DNA of 64,000 nt from Promethearchaeota archaeon (GTDB lineage Archaea > Asgardarchaeota > Lokiarchaeia > Sigyniarchaeales > SOKP01). Position numbers and translations under genes: made by a program. The notes under the pieces were generated by a model. The model saw only the letters and a list, made by a program, of their open reading frames with translations, had not been told where the DNA came from and did no database searches. Every line of letters begins with the position of its first letter. Position 1 is the stretch's first letter. Positions 1-11,377 of this stretch are shown one piece after another. The stretch is taken from contig JBHLOC010000019.1 in the NCBI GenBank assembly GCA_048940925.1, forward strand, positions 1 to 64,000, read 5' to 3'.

Positions 1-456
1 AAAATTGGATTGATCTTTCAATTTTATAATCTTTTTCCAATTCTTTCAGCATATGAAAATGTTGAACTTCCAATGATAATCTTAAAGAAAAATTCTGTCG
101 AAAGAAAAAAACGAGTAGAAGAATTACTTAATTTAGTTGGACTAGGAAAGCGGATGCATCATCTTCCTTCTCAACTTTCAGGGGGAGAAATGCAACGGGT
201 GGCTATAGCTCGTTCTTTAAGTAATAAACCATCGATTCTAATTGCTGATGAGCCAACAGGGGAACTTGACACAGAAACAACTACACAAATAATAAAAATA
301 TTTTTAGAATTAAAAAATGCAGGACAATCAATTCTTATGGTGACTCATAATAGAAGAATAGCTGAAACCGCAGATAGGATTATAACTTTAAAAGATGGTG
401 AAATTATAAACCAAAGAAAAGGTGGAAAACCTTTAGAAGATATTTGGGAAAATTAA
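1..456 (+). CDS. ABC transporter ATP-binding protein (LolD/MacB type), 5' end outside window
   Basis: LSGGEMQRVAIAR signature, IADEPTG Walker B, VTH switch; frame is open from position 1. Confidence 0.95.
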   Translation, partial: KIGLIFQFYNLFPILSAYENVELPMIILKKNSVERKKRVEELLNLVGLGKRMHHLPSQLSGGEMQRVAIARSLSNKPSILIADEPTGELDTETTTQIIKIFLELKNAGQSILMVTHNRRIAETADRIITLKDGEIINQRKGGKPLEDIWEN

Positions 457-475
457 AAATTAAATGTGATGAAAA

Positions 476-1195
476 ATGTTATCAAAACAAAAAATTGATG
501 AATCTTTGAAATCTCCAATTAGTTCTGATACGATTATAGAGGTTGTTAATTTAACAAAAAAATATAAAGTAGGTGGTACAATTATTCATGCTTTAGATGG
601 GATTACCCTAAAAATCAATAGAGGTGAGTTTGTTTCTATAATGGGGCCTTCAGGTTCTGGGAAAACAACTCTTCTTAATATGATTGGAGCTCTTGATAAC
701 CCAACGAGCGGAAAAGTTTTTGTTAATGGAATCAACATTGCAAAAATGAATGATAATCAACGAACAAATCTTAGACTTAGAAATATTGGCTTTATTTTTC
801 AATTTTATAATTTAGTCCCTGTACTTTCCGCTCTAGAAAATGTTGAACTTCCACTAGTTTTCGCTCGAGAACCAAAAAAAATACGTCTGAAAAAAGCAAA
901 AAGACTTTTAGAAGTTGTAGGTCTTTCTAATCGATTGCATCATCTCCCAGGTGAGCTTTCAGGAGGAGAACAACAGAGGATTGCGATTGCAAGGTCCTTA
1001 TGTAATGAACCAGCAATACTTATAGCAGATGAACCTACAGGAGAACTTGATACAAAATTGGGTCGTGATATAATTAATTTGCTCCGAGATCTCAATCGAG
1101 AATTGAATCAAACGATATTAATGGTGACTCATGATCCTGATGTTGGAGAATTAGCGGAACGATGTTTAAGAATGAAAGATGGAAGAATTATTTAA
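476..1195 (+). CDS. ABC transporter ATP-binding protein (LolD/MacB type)
   Basis: GPSGSGKT Walker A, LSGGEQQR, DEPTG, VTHD. Confidence 0.97.
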   Translation: MLSKQKIDESLKSPISSDTIIEVVNLTKKYKVGGTIIHALDGITLKINRGEFVSIMGPSGSGKTTLLNMIGALDNPTSGKVFVNGINIAKMNDNQRTNLRLRNIGFIFQFYNLVPVLSALENVELPLVFAREPKKIRLKKAKRLLEVVGLSNRLHHLPGELSGGEQQRIAIARSLCNEPAILIADEPTGELDTKLGRDIINLLRDLNRELNQTILMVTHDPDVGELAERCLRMKDGRII

Positions 1196-1439
1196 TTCTT
1201 TTTACATCTACATAATTTTAAAATGTTGGCATAATTTTATAGAAGAGATTAATAACTTCAATTTATTTAGTTGATATAATATTATTTTTTATAGATTTAT
1301 TTAACCTATTCTTTCTCTATATATAATCTATTATTATTAGTTAAAAACTGGTCTATAAAATATTCTTATTTAATAAATGAAATTCGTTTTATAACCAAAT
1401 TTATATAGAAGATTATAAAAAAAGAGATATGATAATAAT

Positions 1440-4400
1440 ATGGCAATATATTTAAAAATTGCATTTCGTAATATAAAACGACGGAAATCTCGTTTCATTT
1501 TAACTACGATTACATTAATTATTGGAGTTGCGTTGTTTGGAGGTATTTTAATTACTAATGATTCATTAAGTGAATTTTTTGTCAAGAGTCTCGATGATCA
1601 ATATGGTAGTGCAGACATTCTTATGAGGAATGATAATTCCAGCGATGGATGGTTTAATTCAGTAGAATTAGATGGAATTATGGATGAAATCAGAGATATT
1701 GACTCAATATCATATAGAATATCCGGATTCGGTGTATTTTTGAGTGATACAGATAAAGGTAATCAGATTGAAAATAGTACTTATACTGCGGTATATGGTA
1801 TTGATATTAAGGATACCGCAGAAAAAGAACTTGGAAAAAATCCTGAAATTATAGAATCTATAGTTGAAGGAGATAGCATTGAAGATTTACTTGATTATAA
1901 AAGTATTGAAACAGGAGATAAAGTAATTGTAATATCTGAGGCATTAAAGTATTACTTGGGTAATGTTGATGCTGGAGATAATGTATGGGTTTTACCTAAA
2001 GATGGTGAAAAGACTATTAATGCAGATTTAGAGAATACAGGTACATGGATTAAATACACTATTGTTGCTATAGTAAAAGATTATGGTGAAGCAGTTGATT
2101 TCGATCCTAAAGTAATAGATAAGAAAAGTAACGAAGATCATGATGAAAAAGTGTTAGTTTCTCAAGGACCTTGTATATTTGTAAATATAAATAATGCTCA
2201 TGAACTTGTTGATGGAATACACAGTGCTACTGGTAATTATAACTTAGCTGTTATAGGCGTAAATAACATCAGAAATATTGCCAAGATAAAAAAAATTCTA
2301 GAAGAGAAATATGAATTATCTGGATGGGAAATATGCGATCTTAAAACTGGATTACTTGATGAAATAGAAAGTTCCGTTGGAGTGTTAATAATGATGTTAA
2401 TGATGTTTGCTTTAATTGCACTTATTTTATCTATTGTGTTAATCATGAATATTTTTGATGTAATAAAGAAGGAACAAGAATATGAAACTGGAATGTATCA
2501 GGCTATTGGTGTATCTAAAACGGAATCATTTAAACTATTTTTATGTCAAGGTCTGATTATAGGAATTATTGGCTCGATAATAGGAACCTTTTGTTCTATA
2601 CTCGTTTCAGATTTCCTTTTTAAAGTATCGCAAAATATGATGATAGAAGGTTCACCAAATTCTATAAAAAATTATGGAATTGTGTTATATCCAAATACTC
2701 TAATAATAACATTTATTGTAGGTTTGATTACTACTATGATAGCTTCAATCTATCCAAGCTGGAAGGCAACTCGTAAACCTATAATAGAGTGCTTAAATCC
2801 ACATGCAGAAAATATCAATAGAAAAAACAGAACTTCTCGACGAAGAAAAATGTATTGGGTTGTAAGTTTATTTCTATTAATTACAGGAGTACTATTGATG
2901 ATTGCTGGAAGTTCTAGTTCTGTTAAGGGAGAAGGACAAATAAAAACGCCAACAGCAGGAGAATCAACAGTAATGATGATGGCCTCAACTCTTATATTAC
3001 TTGGATTTATAGCATTAATGGCGTTAATAATAAGTCCTCTTGTAAGGATAATTTCTTCTGTTTTTTTACCTTATTTACGACAAACTAGAGGTTTAACTCA
3101 GAAAAATATTTTAAGAAATCGTAAAAGGACAACATTGACTTTTTCAATGGTTGCATTAACACTCAGTTTTCTAATAGGGATGACTATTTTATTTGATTCA
3201 ATGAATGCTGGTTTTGTTTATACGGCTGATGAAATGTTGGGCTGTGATATACAATTATATACAGGAAATACACCCATAGATTTTAAAGAAGATTTAAAAG
3301 CTTATGAAGAAATTGATAATGTTATGGGAGTCAAAAGTATTGATATTTCCATTAAAAATGAGAATGAATGGGTAGGTCATGATGATAATATTATAGCCAA
3401 TATAATGGATATGGACTCATGGAAAAGATCAATAGATAAAATAAATATTATTAAATCAAATGGTTTATCTACTCATGAATTAATGGATAAATTAAATGAA
3501 GGGTATAATACAATTATAACTGAAGCATTGGCAGAAGAATTAGATATTCAGATAGAAGATATAATAGAGGTAAATTTCTCGATAGGAAAAGAATTTGCTA
3601 ATCAAAGTGCGATTCTCGAAGGTAATAGCTTTAATTCTAGAAATACGTATGTTTTAGAAAATTTCACGGTTATAGCTATTGTTAAGAATGCACCAGGATT
3701 TTCAAGTTCTGGCTTTGATGTAGTAAGAAAACTATATGATATCTTTATTTCGTGGAAAAATTATGAAAAAATTGCACAAAAAGAATTACCTGGAAATGGT
3801 ATCGATATTATACTTAGACAACAGCCAGAAACGGGAGATACACAGTTTAACAATATGTATCCTGAATGGTTTAAAATTTCAGAAGTCATGCCAGTATTGG
3901 ATGATATTTCGGGGATACAAGATTATACAACAAGAATGGAGTACGTAACAGGAACCCAGGTTGGAGAGATCGTGGATATGGATATTGCTGTTGTAGGTAT
4001 AAGAAATGATTCTTATGATAAATTATTATCGGATGATCAGTTTGGTTCACATACTATCCTTGAAAAAGATGAGTCATATATAGGAAATAGTATGGAAGAA
4101 CTATTAAGTACCAATGAGAATGTATGTGTGGTCCATCAATATTACATAGACGAACAAATTAAGAGAGGTCATATTGATTTTGGTATTGGATCAGAAATAA
4201 TAATTTATAGTGATCAAATGATACCTCATATTTTTACAATTGTTAGCATTTTAGAAAATCCTTTATTATATAATAGTGAAAGATTTAACTGGTATGCTGG
4301 CTATGAAATTGGTGTTGATAGTATAGGGACGGAAAAAACAATTTATATCAATTATAATAAAGCACGGGAATTAATCTATACAACTCATCAAGGATCTGAT

Positions 4401-5114
4401 GCCTTAAATGATGAAGTGACTTCCCTTCTCATTAGATGTGAAGACTCTACCCAAATCCCACAAATTACCCAACAATTAAAAATTAATTTAGAAGATGTTG
4501 TAGGAGGGAATTGGAGTATAGTAGACCTTAAGACTCGTACATTAGAACACAGATATAGTATTTATCAATGGTTTATATGGTTGGAAGATGGAGAAAAGGA
4601 TGAGGAAGTCGTTAAAATTATATCTGATTACATTGAATCTGAGGGGTTTATCCTCTTTAGTAGTGTTACAAAGACTTTTATACTCAAATCATTTGGTACT
4701 GTAATGGATTATATTACTACAATTATCTCAGGCGTTTTAATTTTTGCAATTATAATTTCAATGATAGGTCTAACACTTCATTGCCTTGTTTCGACGATGA
4801 CACGTAGAAGAGAAATTGGTATGCTTCGCTCTATAGGATTAACTAAAGGTGGTGTTATTAGAACGATATCTGGTGAGACTATACTTGTTGCATCATTAGG
4901 ATCTGTTGTCGGAACAATAGGTGGTTTAATCTTAGGAATTCTTTTAGCAATGTATGGTCCTGGCACAACTTTTGTAGCATTTAAACTCGCAATATCTTGG
5001 ATAAAAATATGGATAATTATTTTGATTACTCTACTTACTGCGCTTTTAGGTTCAGTATTTACATCAAGATGGGCAGCTAATATTAATATAATCGAAGCAA
5101 CAAGAACAAGATAA
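1440..5114 (+). CDS. FtsX/MacB-like ABC permease (large, two FtsX modules)
   Basis: N-terminal AFRNIKRRKSR plus TM; ETGMYQAIG and RRREIGMLRSIG FtsX motifs; many TM helices; adjacent ATPases. Confidence 0.9.
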   Translation: MAIYLKIAFRNIKRRKSRFILTTITLIIGVALFGGILITNDSLSEFFVKSLDDQYGSADILMRNDNSSDGWFNSVELDGIMDEIRDIDSISYRISGFGVFLSDTDKGNQIENSTYTAVYGIDIKDTAEKELGKNPEIIESIVEGDSIEDLLDYKSIETGDKVIVISEALKYYLGNVDAGDNVWVLPKDGEKTINADLENTGTWIKYTIVAIVKDYGEAVDFDPKVIDKKSNEDHDEKVLVSQGPCIFVNINNAHELVDGIHSATGNYNLAVIGVNNIRNIAKIKKILEEKYELSGWEICDLKTGLLDEIESSVGVLIMMLMMFALIALILSIVLIMNIFDVIKKEQEYETGMYQAIGVSKTESFKLFLCQGLIIGIIGSIIGTFCSILVSDFLFKVSQNMMIEGSPNSIKNYGIVLYPNTLIITFIVGLITTMIASIYPSWKATRKPIIECLNPHAENINRKNRTSRRRKMYWVVSLFLLITGVLLMIAGSSSSVKGEGQIKTPTAGESTVMMMASTLILLGFIALMALIISPLVRIISSVFLPYLRQTRGLTQKNILRNRKRTTLTFSMVALTLSFLIGMTILFDSMNAGFVYTADEMLGCDIQLYTGNTPIDFKEDLKAYEEIDNVMGVKSIDISIKNENEWVGHDDNIIANIMDMDSWKRSIDKINIIKSNGLSTHELMDKLNEGYNTIITEALAEELDIQIEDIIEVNFSIGKEFANQSAILEGNSFNSRNTYVLENFTVIAIVKNAPGFSSSGFDVVRKLYDIFISWKNYEKIAQKELPGNGIDIILRQQPETGDTQFNNMYPEWFKISEVMPVLDDISGIQDYTTRMEYVTGTQVGEIVDMDIAVVGIRNDSYDKLLSDDQFGSHTILEKDESYIGNSMEELLSTNENVCVVHQYYIDEQIKRGHIDFGIGSEIIIYSDQMIPHIFTIVSILENPLLYNSERFNWYAGYEIGVDSIGTEKTIYINYNKARELIYTTHQGSDALNDEVTSLLIRCEDSTQIPQITQQLKINLEDVVGGNWSIVDLKTRTLEHRYSIYQWFIWLEDGEKDEEVVKIISDYIESEGFILFSSVTKTFILKSFGTVMDYITTIISGVLIFAIIISMIGLTLHCLVSTMTRRREIGMLRSIGLTKGGVIRTISGETILVASLGSVVGTIGGLILGILLAMYGPGTTFVAFKLAISWIKIWIIILITLLTALLGSVFTSRWAANINIIEATRTR

Positions 5115-5178
5115 TTCTTTTTTTTTAATTTTTATTTTTATATATTAGATAATAATCTAATAATTAATCCTAATATAC

Positions 5179-5440
5179 TTAAAGCATTAAAGATATTGGA
5201 TTAAATATTTCTTCATATTTACCTCTAGGAGTAGACAGTCCTTTCCATTTTTTTTCTGCTAAGGAAGAAAATTGACCCGATGTGAGAGCATACACGCTGT
5301 TATTATATAAAATATATATCATACCTTGATTTCTTTTTGCTCTGAATATTGTGTGTGCTAATCTTTCCTTAAGCCATACCATCCCATGAAAAATTGATAA
5401 TTTTTAGATCTGGATTTGCAATTTTTGTACCTTCTGAATT
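5179..5440 (-). pseudogene. Frameshifted internal fragment of a 2-oxoacid:ferredoxin oxidoreductase beta subunit
   Basis: Nucleotide-level similarity to ~7490-7745; YILYNNSVYALTSGQFS vs YILHNNSVYALTTGQFS; TPP motif region broken. Confidence 0.9.
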
Positions 5441-5529
5441 TAAACTTTGAATTTTCTATTAACTTTTTATTGATGTTATTACTCTCTTGATTATAAATTG
5501 TTTTAATATGATAGCAAAGGAGTTTTAAA

Positions 5530-6867
5530 ATGCAAAAGCCATGTATTTCTGTAATTGGAATGGGATTTGTAGGATTAATTTCTGCCACATGTTTTGCTAA
5601 TAGAGGTTATAAAGTTATTGCTACTACTTTAGAAAAAAAAGTCGTAGAATTAGTAAATAGGGGAAGAAGTCCTTTTTATGAAAAGGATTTGGATGATTTA
5701 TTAAAACGAGCTATCGATTCTAATAATTTGATTGCCTCTTTAGATAATCACAAAGCTGTATTAAATTCAGATATCTCTTTTATTTCAGTAGGTACACCTA
5801 TGTTAGAAGATAAAAATATAGATTTATCGTATATCAATAATTGCTCTATTGAGATTGGAAAGGCATTAAGTACTAAAGCAAAGTATCATCTAATTGTAGC
5901 TAGAAGCACAATTGTTCCTGGAACTACTAAAATCTTGATTGGAAAAAATATAGAGAAATATAGTGGTAAAAAAATGGGGCTTGATTTTGGCCTTTGTATG
6001 CAACCTGAATTCTTAAAGGAAGGAAATGCAGTAAATGATACATACCATCCTAACCGAATTGTAATAGGAGAATTAGATAAAAAAAGTGGTGATATTTTAG
6101 AAAATTTATGGACTGAATTTTATAAAAGAGAAGAGATTCCCTTATTAAGAATGAATTTGGAAAGCGCTGAAATGGTGAAATATGCAAGCAATTGCTTACT
6201 CGCGACAAAAGTGAGCTTCGCTATGGATATCGCAAATATTTGTGAATTAATCCCAAATATGGATGTTGTGGATGTTATGAGGGGAGTAGGGTTTGATGAT
6301 AGAATAAGTCCAAAGTTTTTAAATGCTGGAGTCGGTTTTGGAGGCTCTTGTTTCCCAAAAGATATAAATGCAATTATAGATTTTGCAAAATCAAGAAATT
6401 TTAAACCAAAAGTATTAACAAGCGTTCTTAATGTAAATGACTATCAAGCTAAACATGTGGTTGATATCGCTGAAGATTTAGCAGGAAAATTGGAGGGTCG
6501 AAGAGTAACACTGTTAGGTTTATCATTTAAACCTAATACTGACGATATGAGAGAAGCTCCGAGTATTAGAATTGTTTCTGAGCTATTAAGTAGAGGTATT
6601 TTTGATATTGTGGGTTATGATCCCAAAGCAAAGGAAAAGGCAAAGAAAGTTTTTAGAAAAAGAATTAAATATGCTGACTCGATAGAAGAGGCATTAATAG
6701 ACTCAGAATGTGCTATTATAATAACTGAATGGGATGATTTCAAAAGTTTAACTCCAGATCATTTTAGAAAAACAATGAAGAAACCAAATTTAGTTGATGG
6801 AAGGAGACTTTTTGATTATAATAAATTTTCTAAAGAATTGAATTTCAGGGTTATTGGTCGGAAATGA
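5530..6867 (+). CDS. UDP-glucose/GDP-mannose 6-dehydrogenase family
   Basis: GMGFVG Rossmann motif, PEFLKEG, GFGGSCFPKD catalytic Cys, FKPNTDDMREAP. Confidence 0.95.
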   Translation: MQKPCISVIGMGFVGLISATCFANRGYKVIATTLEKKVVELVNRGRSPFYEKDLDDLLKRAIDSNNLIASLDNHKAVLNSDISFISVGTPMLEDKNIDLSYINNCSIEIGKALSTKAKYHLIVARSTIVPGTTKILIGKNIEKYSGKKMGLDFGLCMQPEFLKEGNAVNDTYHPNRIVIGELDKKSGDILENLWTEFYKREEIPLLRMNLESAEMVKYASNCLLATKVSFAMDIANICELIPNMDVVDVMRGVGFDDRISPKFLNAGVGFGGSCFPKDINAIIDFAKSRNFKPKVLTSVLNVNDYQAKHVVDIAEDLAGKLEGRRVTLLGLSFKPNTDDMREAPSIRIVSELLSRGIFDIVGYDPKAKEKAKKVFRKRIKYADSIEEALIDSECAIIITEWDDFKSLTPDHFRKTMKKPNLVDGRRLFDYNKFSKELNFRVIGRK

Positions 6868-6955
6868 CATATTTAATCCAATAAAAAGATAAATTTATTA
6901 CTTTAGATTTATTTTCAATAATTTTTTTAATAATCAATTATTTACACAGTTTTAA

Positions 6956-7087
6956 AAAAAAATCTCCAGTTCTAAGAATTATATCGCCTCTATCGATGAT
7001 AGTTTGAGCAGATTTCTCGATTACCTTGATAATCAAGATTTTACTAAAGAGAATCTCTCAACTTCCTTCCTGTTAAATTTAGAATAA
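6956..7087 (+). pseudogene. Possible short relic of a sulfatase-family gene
   Basis: Start-less frame reads NYIASIDDSLSRFLDYLDNQDFTKEN, resembling the sulfatase helix (SVDDxVGRLLDYLDxxGLxENT). Confidence 0.35.
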
Positions 7088-7122
7088 AATTCTGAAAAAT
7101 TATTAAAAATGAAAATATTTCT

Positions 7123-7962
7123 TTATTTTGATGTGAGAATTTTGTGGATTTTATCTAGTCGTGTATCTCTCGGCAGCCTTTTAGTAATAGGATTATATTC
7201 TCCATATAATTCCTTATGATAAACAGGTCTTGTAGTTCTATAAAATACTCCTATAGTAAACTTATGGTTCTCTTTTGCAGCTTTAATAGCTTCGAACTGA
7301 GTCTCTGGTTCATTTTCAAGATATTCAATTTGATCTCTATATTCTTCCCATTTATGATATGGGATAGCAGGCTGTAGAACTTCTATAAAGGAAAAACCTT
7401 CATGCTCTACTCCTCGTACCATAAGATCTGTTAGATGCTTTATATCCCCAGAAAAACCTCTAGCTACAAAAGTGGCTCCAGCCTCTATCATTAAAGACAT
7501 CGGGTTAAATGGTTCCTCATAGCTACCTCTGGGTGTTGAAGGTCCTTTCCACCCTTTTTCTGCTGAGGGAGAAAATTGACCCGTTGTGAGAGCATACACG
7601 CTGTTATTATGTAAAATATATGTCATATCTTGATTTCTTTTTGCTGCGAACATTGTATGCGCTAATCCTTCTCCTAATCCGTTACCATCTCCTGAAAAGT
7701 TGATTATTTTTAGATCTGGATTTGCTATTTTTATGCCTTCCGAGTTTGATGAATTTCTTCCATGTAATCCATAAATACCACTTAAATTCAAATAATCGAA
7801 AATTTTCGCATGACACCCTATTCCCGCAGTCATTACTATATTTTCCCTTTTAATGCCATTTTCCTCTAATATTGGAATTGCATTTCGTATAGCTGTGAAG
7901 ATGCCAAAGTTTCCACAACCAGGACACCATGTGATTTCAGCATATGTTTTAAGATCTTCCAC
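7123..7962 (-). CDS. korB: 2-oxoacid:ferredoxin oxidoreductase beta subunit
   Basis: WCPGCG, GIGC, GDG...NN TPP motif, LTTGQFSP. Confidence 0.95.
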   Translation of the reverse strand: MEDLKTYAEITWCPGCGNFGIFTAIRNAIPILEENGIKRENIVMTAGIGCHAKIFDYLNLSGIYGLHGRNSSNSEGIKIANPDLKIINFSGDGNGLGEGLAHTMFAAKRNQDMTYILHNNSVYALTTGQFSPSAEKGWKGPSTPRGSYEEPFNPMSLMIEAGATFVARGFSGDIKHLTDLMVRGVEHEGFSFIEVLQPAIPYHKWEEYRDQIEYLENEPETQFEAIKAAKENHKFTIGVFYRTTRPVYHKELYGEYNPITKRLPRDTRLDKIHKILTSK

Positions 7963-7963
7963 T

Positions 7964-9625
7964 TTATTTTAGCACCTCTTTAATTTTATTTGCTAATTCC
8001 ATTGGATCAAACGGACGACCATTATATTGTTTAATTGTACTTCTAATCTTTAATCCTGCTTTTTCCTGTAAAAGTTTTGTAAACTGGTTTGCTGAATTCT
8101 GTTCAATAACAATATTATCCTGCCCTTTAAACTCCTCTAATATCCATGTAGGTAATGGACTCAAATATATTGGTGCAACTGTTGTAGGATTTAAATTTCC
8201 ATATCTAAGAGCTTCTAAGATACTCATATAAGTTGAGCCATAGGTAAAAATATTAGTGGGATGTTCTCCTCGAACAATTTTTACAGTATCTTGTTCTTTC
8301 AAATAATCTTTGAGTGTTTCTAGCTTTTTATTCCTTTTATCATGCATAAATGATATCTTCTCAGCATTTTCCGTTGTTATACCAAATTCATCATGTTCAT
8401 AACTGTTCCATTTTATTATCTGATTTGATGGTGGGAATAGCATAGGAGAGATACCATCATTAGTATCTAGGTATCTTTTATAATCCCCATCCTTATGCAT
8501 TTTTGGTTTTGCCCATTTAGATTTTTCTAGATCAATTTCAACTGTCATACTACTTTCTGAAAGATGTTTTTCAGTTAGTAAGATTCCTGGTGTTTGAAAT
8601 TTCCATACTAAATCTAACATTTCAGCAGTGAGATAATATGCTTCTCTAATAGTTCTAGGGGAAGCTACAATTCTTAAAAAGTCTCCATGCCCTGCTGTTA
8701 AAGCAAAAGCTAAATCAGCTTGTTCCGTATAAGTAGGTACTCCTGTTGCTGGACCTGGTCTTTGAGATAATACAACTAGAATAGGTGCTTCTGTCATACC
8801 TGCCAAAGAAAAACCTTCTGTCATAAGAGCAAAACCACCTCCACTTGTTCCTACCATAGCTCTTGCTCCTGTGAATGTCGAACCGATTCCCATATTAATA
8901 ACTGCTATTTCACTCTCAGCATGAACCACTGCTAATCCAAAATTTTCAGCTTCTTGAGCTAAAAAATGTAAAATACTTGAAGCAGGAGTCATTGGATACC
9001 CATAATAGGTATCCAATCCTCCAGCTATAGCTCCTAAACATATTGACTCATTTCCTGTGATTATCGGTCTCTCATTGTCCCCCTTCTCCAAGATAAATCT
9101 CTTTCCACATTTGGGATAAACCATGTTATAGATTGTATCTGCAAAGGTGATATTGTCTTCAATTCCTCTCGGATAATCTTCTTTAATAATTTGATTCATT
9201 TCTTCTTTTTCAAAGCCAATGGTCGCAGCTAATATCGCTACAGCTCCAACTCCATACATTAATTCTTTCATCGGATATTTTTCTGTTTCTGAGGTTAAAG
9301 GAATTCCAATACCTTTTTCATGTACTTGTTCATCTGAATTAAAAAACATAATCCCGTTCTCAGCGATATCATTCACATGAGTATCACAGCTTCTTTTATC
9401 AAAATTTATTACTAAATTAGCTTTCATATAATGGCTACTAATCCATCTAGGCGCTGTGCTTACTACAGAAAAATTGTGCCCTCCCCGTATTAAACTCATA
9501 TAATCATCTATTTGAAATACATGACGTCCCAGATTTGAAAATATATGTGCTGCTACTGAACCCGCCTTTTTTACGCCTTCTCCTGCTTTACCTCCTACGA
9601 GAAATGTAAATACATCAAAAACCAT
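7964..9625 (-). CDS. korA: 2-oxoacid:ferredoxin oxidoreductase alpha subunit (gamma-alpha fusion)
   Basis: GGKAGEG, IRGGHN, YPMTPAS, ESEIA, TSGGGF, QRPGPATG. Confidence 0.95.
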   Translation of the reverse strand: MVFDVFTFLVGGKAGEGVKKAGSVAAHIFSNLGRHVFQIDDYMSLIRGGHNFSVVSTAPRWISSHYMKANLVINFDKRSCDTHVNDIAENGIMFFNSDEQVHEKGIGIPLTSETEKYPMKELMYGVGAVAILAATIGFEKEEMNQIIKEDYPRGIEDNITFADTIYNMVYPKCGKRFILEKGDNERPIITGNESICLGAIAGGLDTYYGYPMTPASSILHFLAQEAENFGLAVVHAESEIAVINMGIGSTFTGARAMVGTSGGGFALMTEGFSLAGMTEAPILVVLSQRPGPATGVPTYTEQADLAFALTAGHGDFLRIVASPRTIREAYYLTAEMLDLVWKFQTPGILLTEKHLSESSMTVEIDLEKSKWAKPKMHKDGDYKRYLDTNDGISPMLFPPSNQIIKWNSYEHDEFGITTENAEKISFMHDKRNKKLETLKDYLKEQDTVKIVRGEHPTNIFTYGSTYMSILEALRYGNLNPTTVAPIYLSPLPTWILEEFKGQDNIVIEQNSANQFTKLLQEKAGLKIRSTIKQYNGRPFDPMELANKIKEVLK

Positions 9626-9753
9626 TTATTTATAAACCTCTTCTAGTGAAAATTAAAAATACTTTAAAATACGATTTAATATTTGATTTTGCCCTAAATT
9701 ATTTAAATGTATGTTTTATAAATTGTTAGTATAAATACGGGAATTTCAGAAAT

Positions 9754-10292
9754 ATACTTGAAGGAATAATCATAATTTTGAAGGCAATAGAACAAGAAGA
9801 TGTCTCTTTTTAAAAAGAGTGATTAACAAACCAGAAATATTTGGAGTGTAAAATCCACTAGTACAAATTTCAAAACAAATGGTTAAGAAAATCATAAATG
9901 AATTATCTGCAGATTTTCAAGTGTTTATTATTTAGAAAAAAGATAGACCAAGGATAGGATCCGTAATATTCTTTATCGTTAAGACTAGACCATACGAATT
10001 ACTAGAAATAGGATTTTTCCTGATTCCATCTGCGCACAAATAAGGTTTTTGCACAGAGACAGTCAAGATTTTTGTGGATTTTATATTTCTTTCAAAAGAA
10101 ATTATACGTATCCATGCTGTATCAAATATAAAAAATTATGCTTCTCAAAAAGTTCTTGAAAAATCAGGATTTACAAAAGAAGGAATTATTCGTAAAATGA
10201 TGTTTAATTGAGGTGATTGGAGAGATTGTGCACTTTTTAGCATACTTAGAGAAGAGTGGAAGGCGCCGCAAATTCTGAAAATTCAAGACTAA
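9754..10292 (+). pseudogene. RimJ/RimL-type GNAT acetyltransferase pseudogene
   Basis: LEIGFFLIPSAHK*GFCTETVK...NYASQKVLEKSGFTKEGIIRK...DCALFSILREEWK; several in-frame stops and a frameshift. Confidence 0.85.
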
Positions 10293-10343
10293 AATGCTAA
10301 AGATTTTTTTATTTTTGGGAGTTGATTATCCATTCTACTGCTT

Positions 10344-11366
10344 TTAAGTTTGTGTTAAGCTACTTTTTAGTTTTTTATATTTTGAAATTTTGGTTTTTAT
10401 TAGCTTCAAGCAAAAAATTACCCAAAGGAGTATAGGTAGAGCTAAAAAAAACATAAATGGTCCAGTTGTGAAACTAAAGAGAATGCTAACAAAAGAAACT
10501 TCTAGAAATACGAATATCAATAAAATAATTAGAATTAACTGATAATCACGGCTCTTAATCAAAATATTCTCTTTAAAAGCTAAACCGCATGAACGACAGA
10601 ACTTATCTTCGAGAATTCTTTTAGAACCACAGGCTTGACAATTGAATAAATTTTTTCGTGTGAAGTAGAACATTAAAATCAATAATGATAAAACGATAAT
10701 TGTGGAAATAATTGTAGTATATGAAAGAATGATTTTTTTATAAGTCCATATGAGACCAAAATCATCTATATATGCACTAGTGTTTAACTCTTCATTATTT
10801 TCTGTAATATTTAGGCAAAAACTTATATCTTTAGATTCTCCTACATTTATTAGCTCTGTTATACTTACAGCTCTTTCAAAATTATAGTGTGTTACAAAAG
10901 GATATTGATAAATGTCAGTGATATTTAAAGTAGCTATGATCCCTTCATGTTTAGGCTTATTATTCCAAGTAATTTTAGAATCAGTCCAATTCGATTCTAC
11001 TAATATAATATTTATTTCAATATCATCCACCGCAGATTCATCATTATGCTCAAAGTAAAAAAATTGTAGGAAAAAATAAATCTCTTCTGTTCTTATTGGC
11101 AACTTTTCAAGATTAAATTTAATATAAACTTCCGAATAATTTCCTATATATGGGCCTTCATAATTATCAGCATAATTTTTATCAGGATTACTTTTATTAA
11201 CATATACTTCTGAATCTGAAAATATAGCACCAGTAAATCTTCCGTCTATTCCAGCATCAATTATAAATACAGGAATAAAATTGATTATTAATAAAAAAAT
11301 TGAAATTATTCCTGCAATTATATATATAGATTTAGTTAGTATATCCTTATTTTTTTGTTCTTTCAT
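10344..11366 (-). CDS. Membrane protein with extracellular DNRLRE/CBM96-like domain and zinc ribbon
   Basis: N-terminal TM; YVNKSNPDKNY, YIKFNL, WTDSKITWNNKP pattern; CQACG/CRSCG; C-terminal TMs. Confidence 0.65.
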   Translation of the reverse strand: MKEQKNKDILTKSIYIIAGIISIFLLIINFIPVFIIDAGIDGRFTGAIFSDSEVYVNKSNPDKNYADNYEGPYIGNYSEVYIKFNLEKLPIRTEEIYFFLQFFYFEHNDESAVDDIEINIILVESNWTDSKITWNNKPKHEGIIATLNITDIYQYPFVTHYNFERAVSITELINVGESKDISFCLNITENNEELNTSAYIDDFGLIWTYKKIILSYTTIISTIIVLSLLILMFYFTRKNLFNCQACGSKRILEDKFCRSCGLAFKENILIKSRDYQLILIILLIFVFLEVSFVSILFSFTTGPFMFFLALPILLWVIFCLKLIKTKISKYKKLKSSLTQT

Positions 11367-11377
11367 TTTAGATCTTT

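Noticed and set aside
9754-10292. Stop-codon recoding or an intron in the GNAT gene
   Set aside because: It has TAA, TAG and TGA stops plus a frameshift and no BHB structure; ordinary decay explains it.
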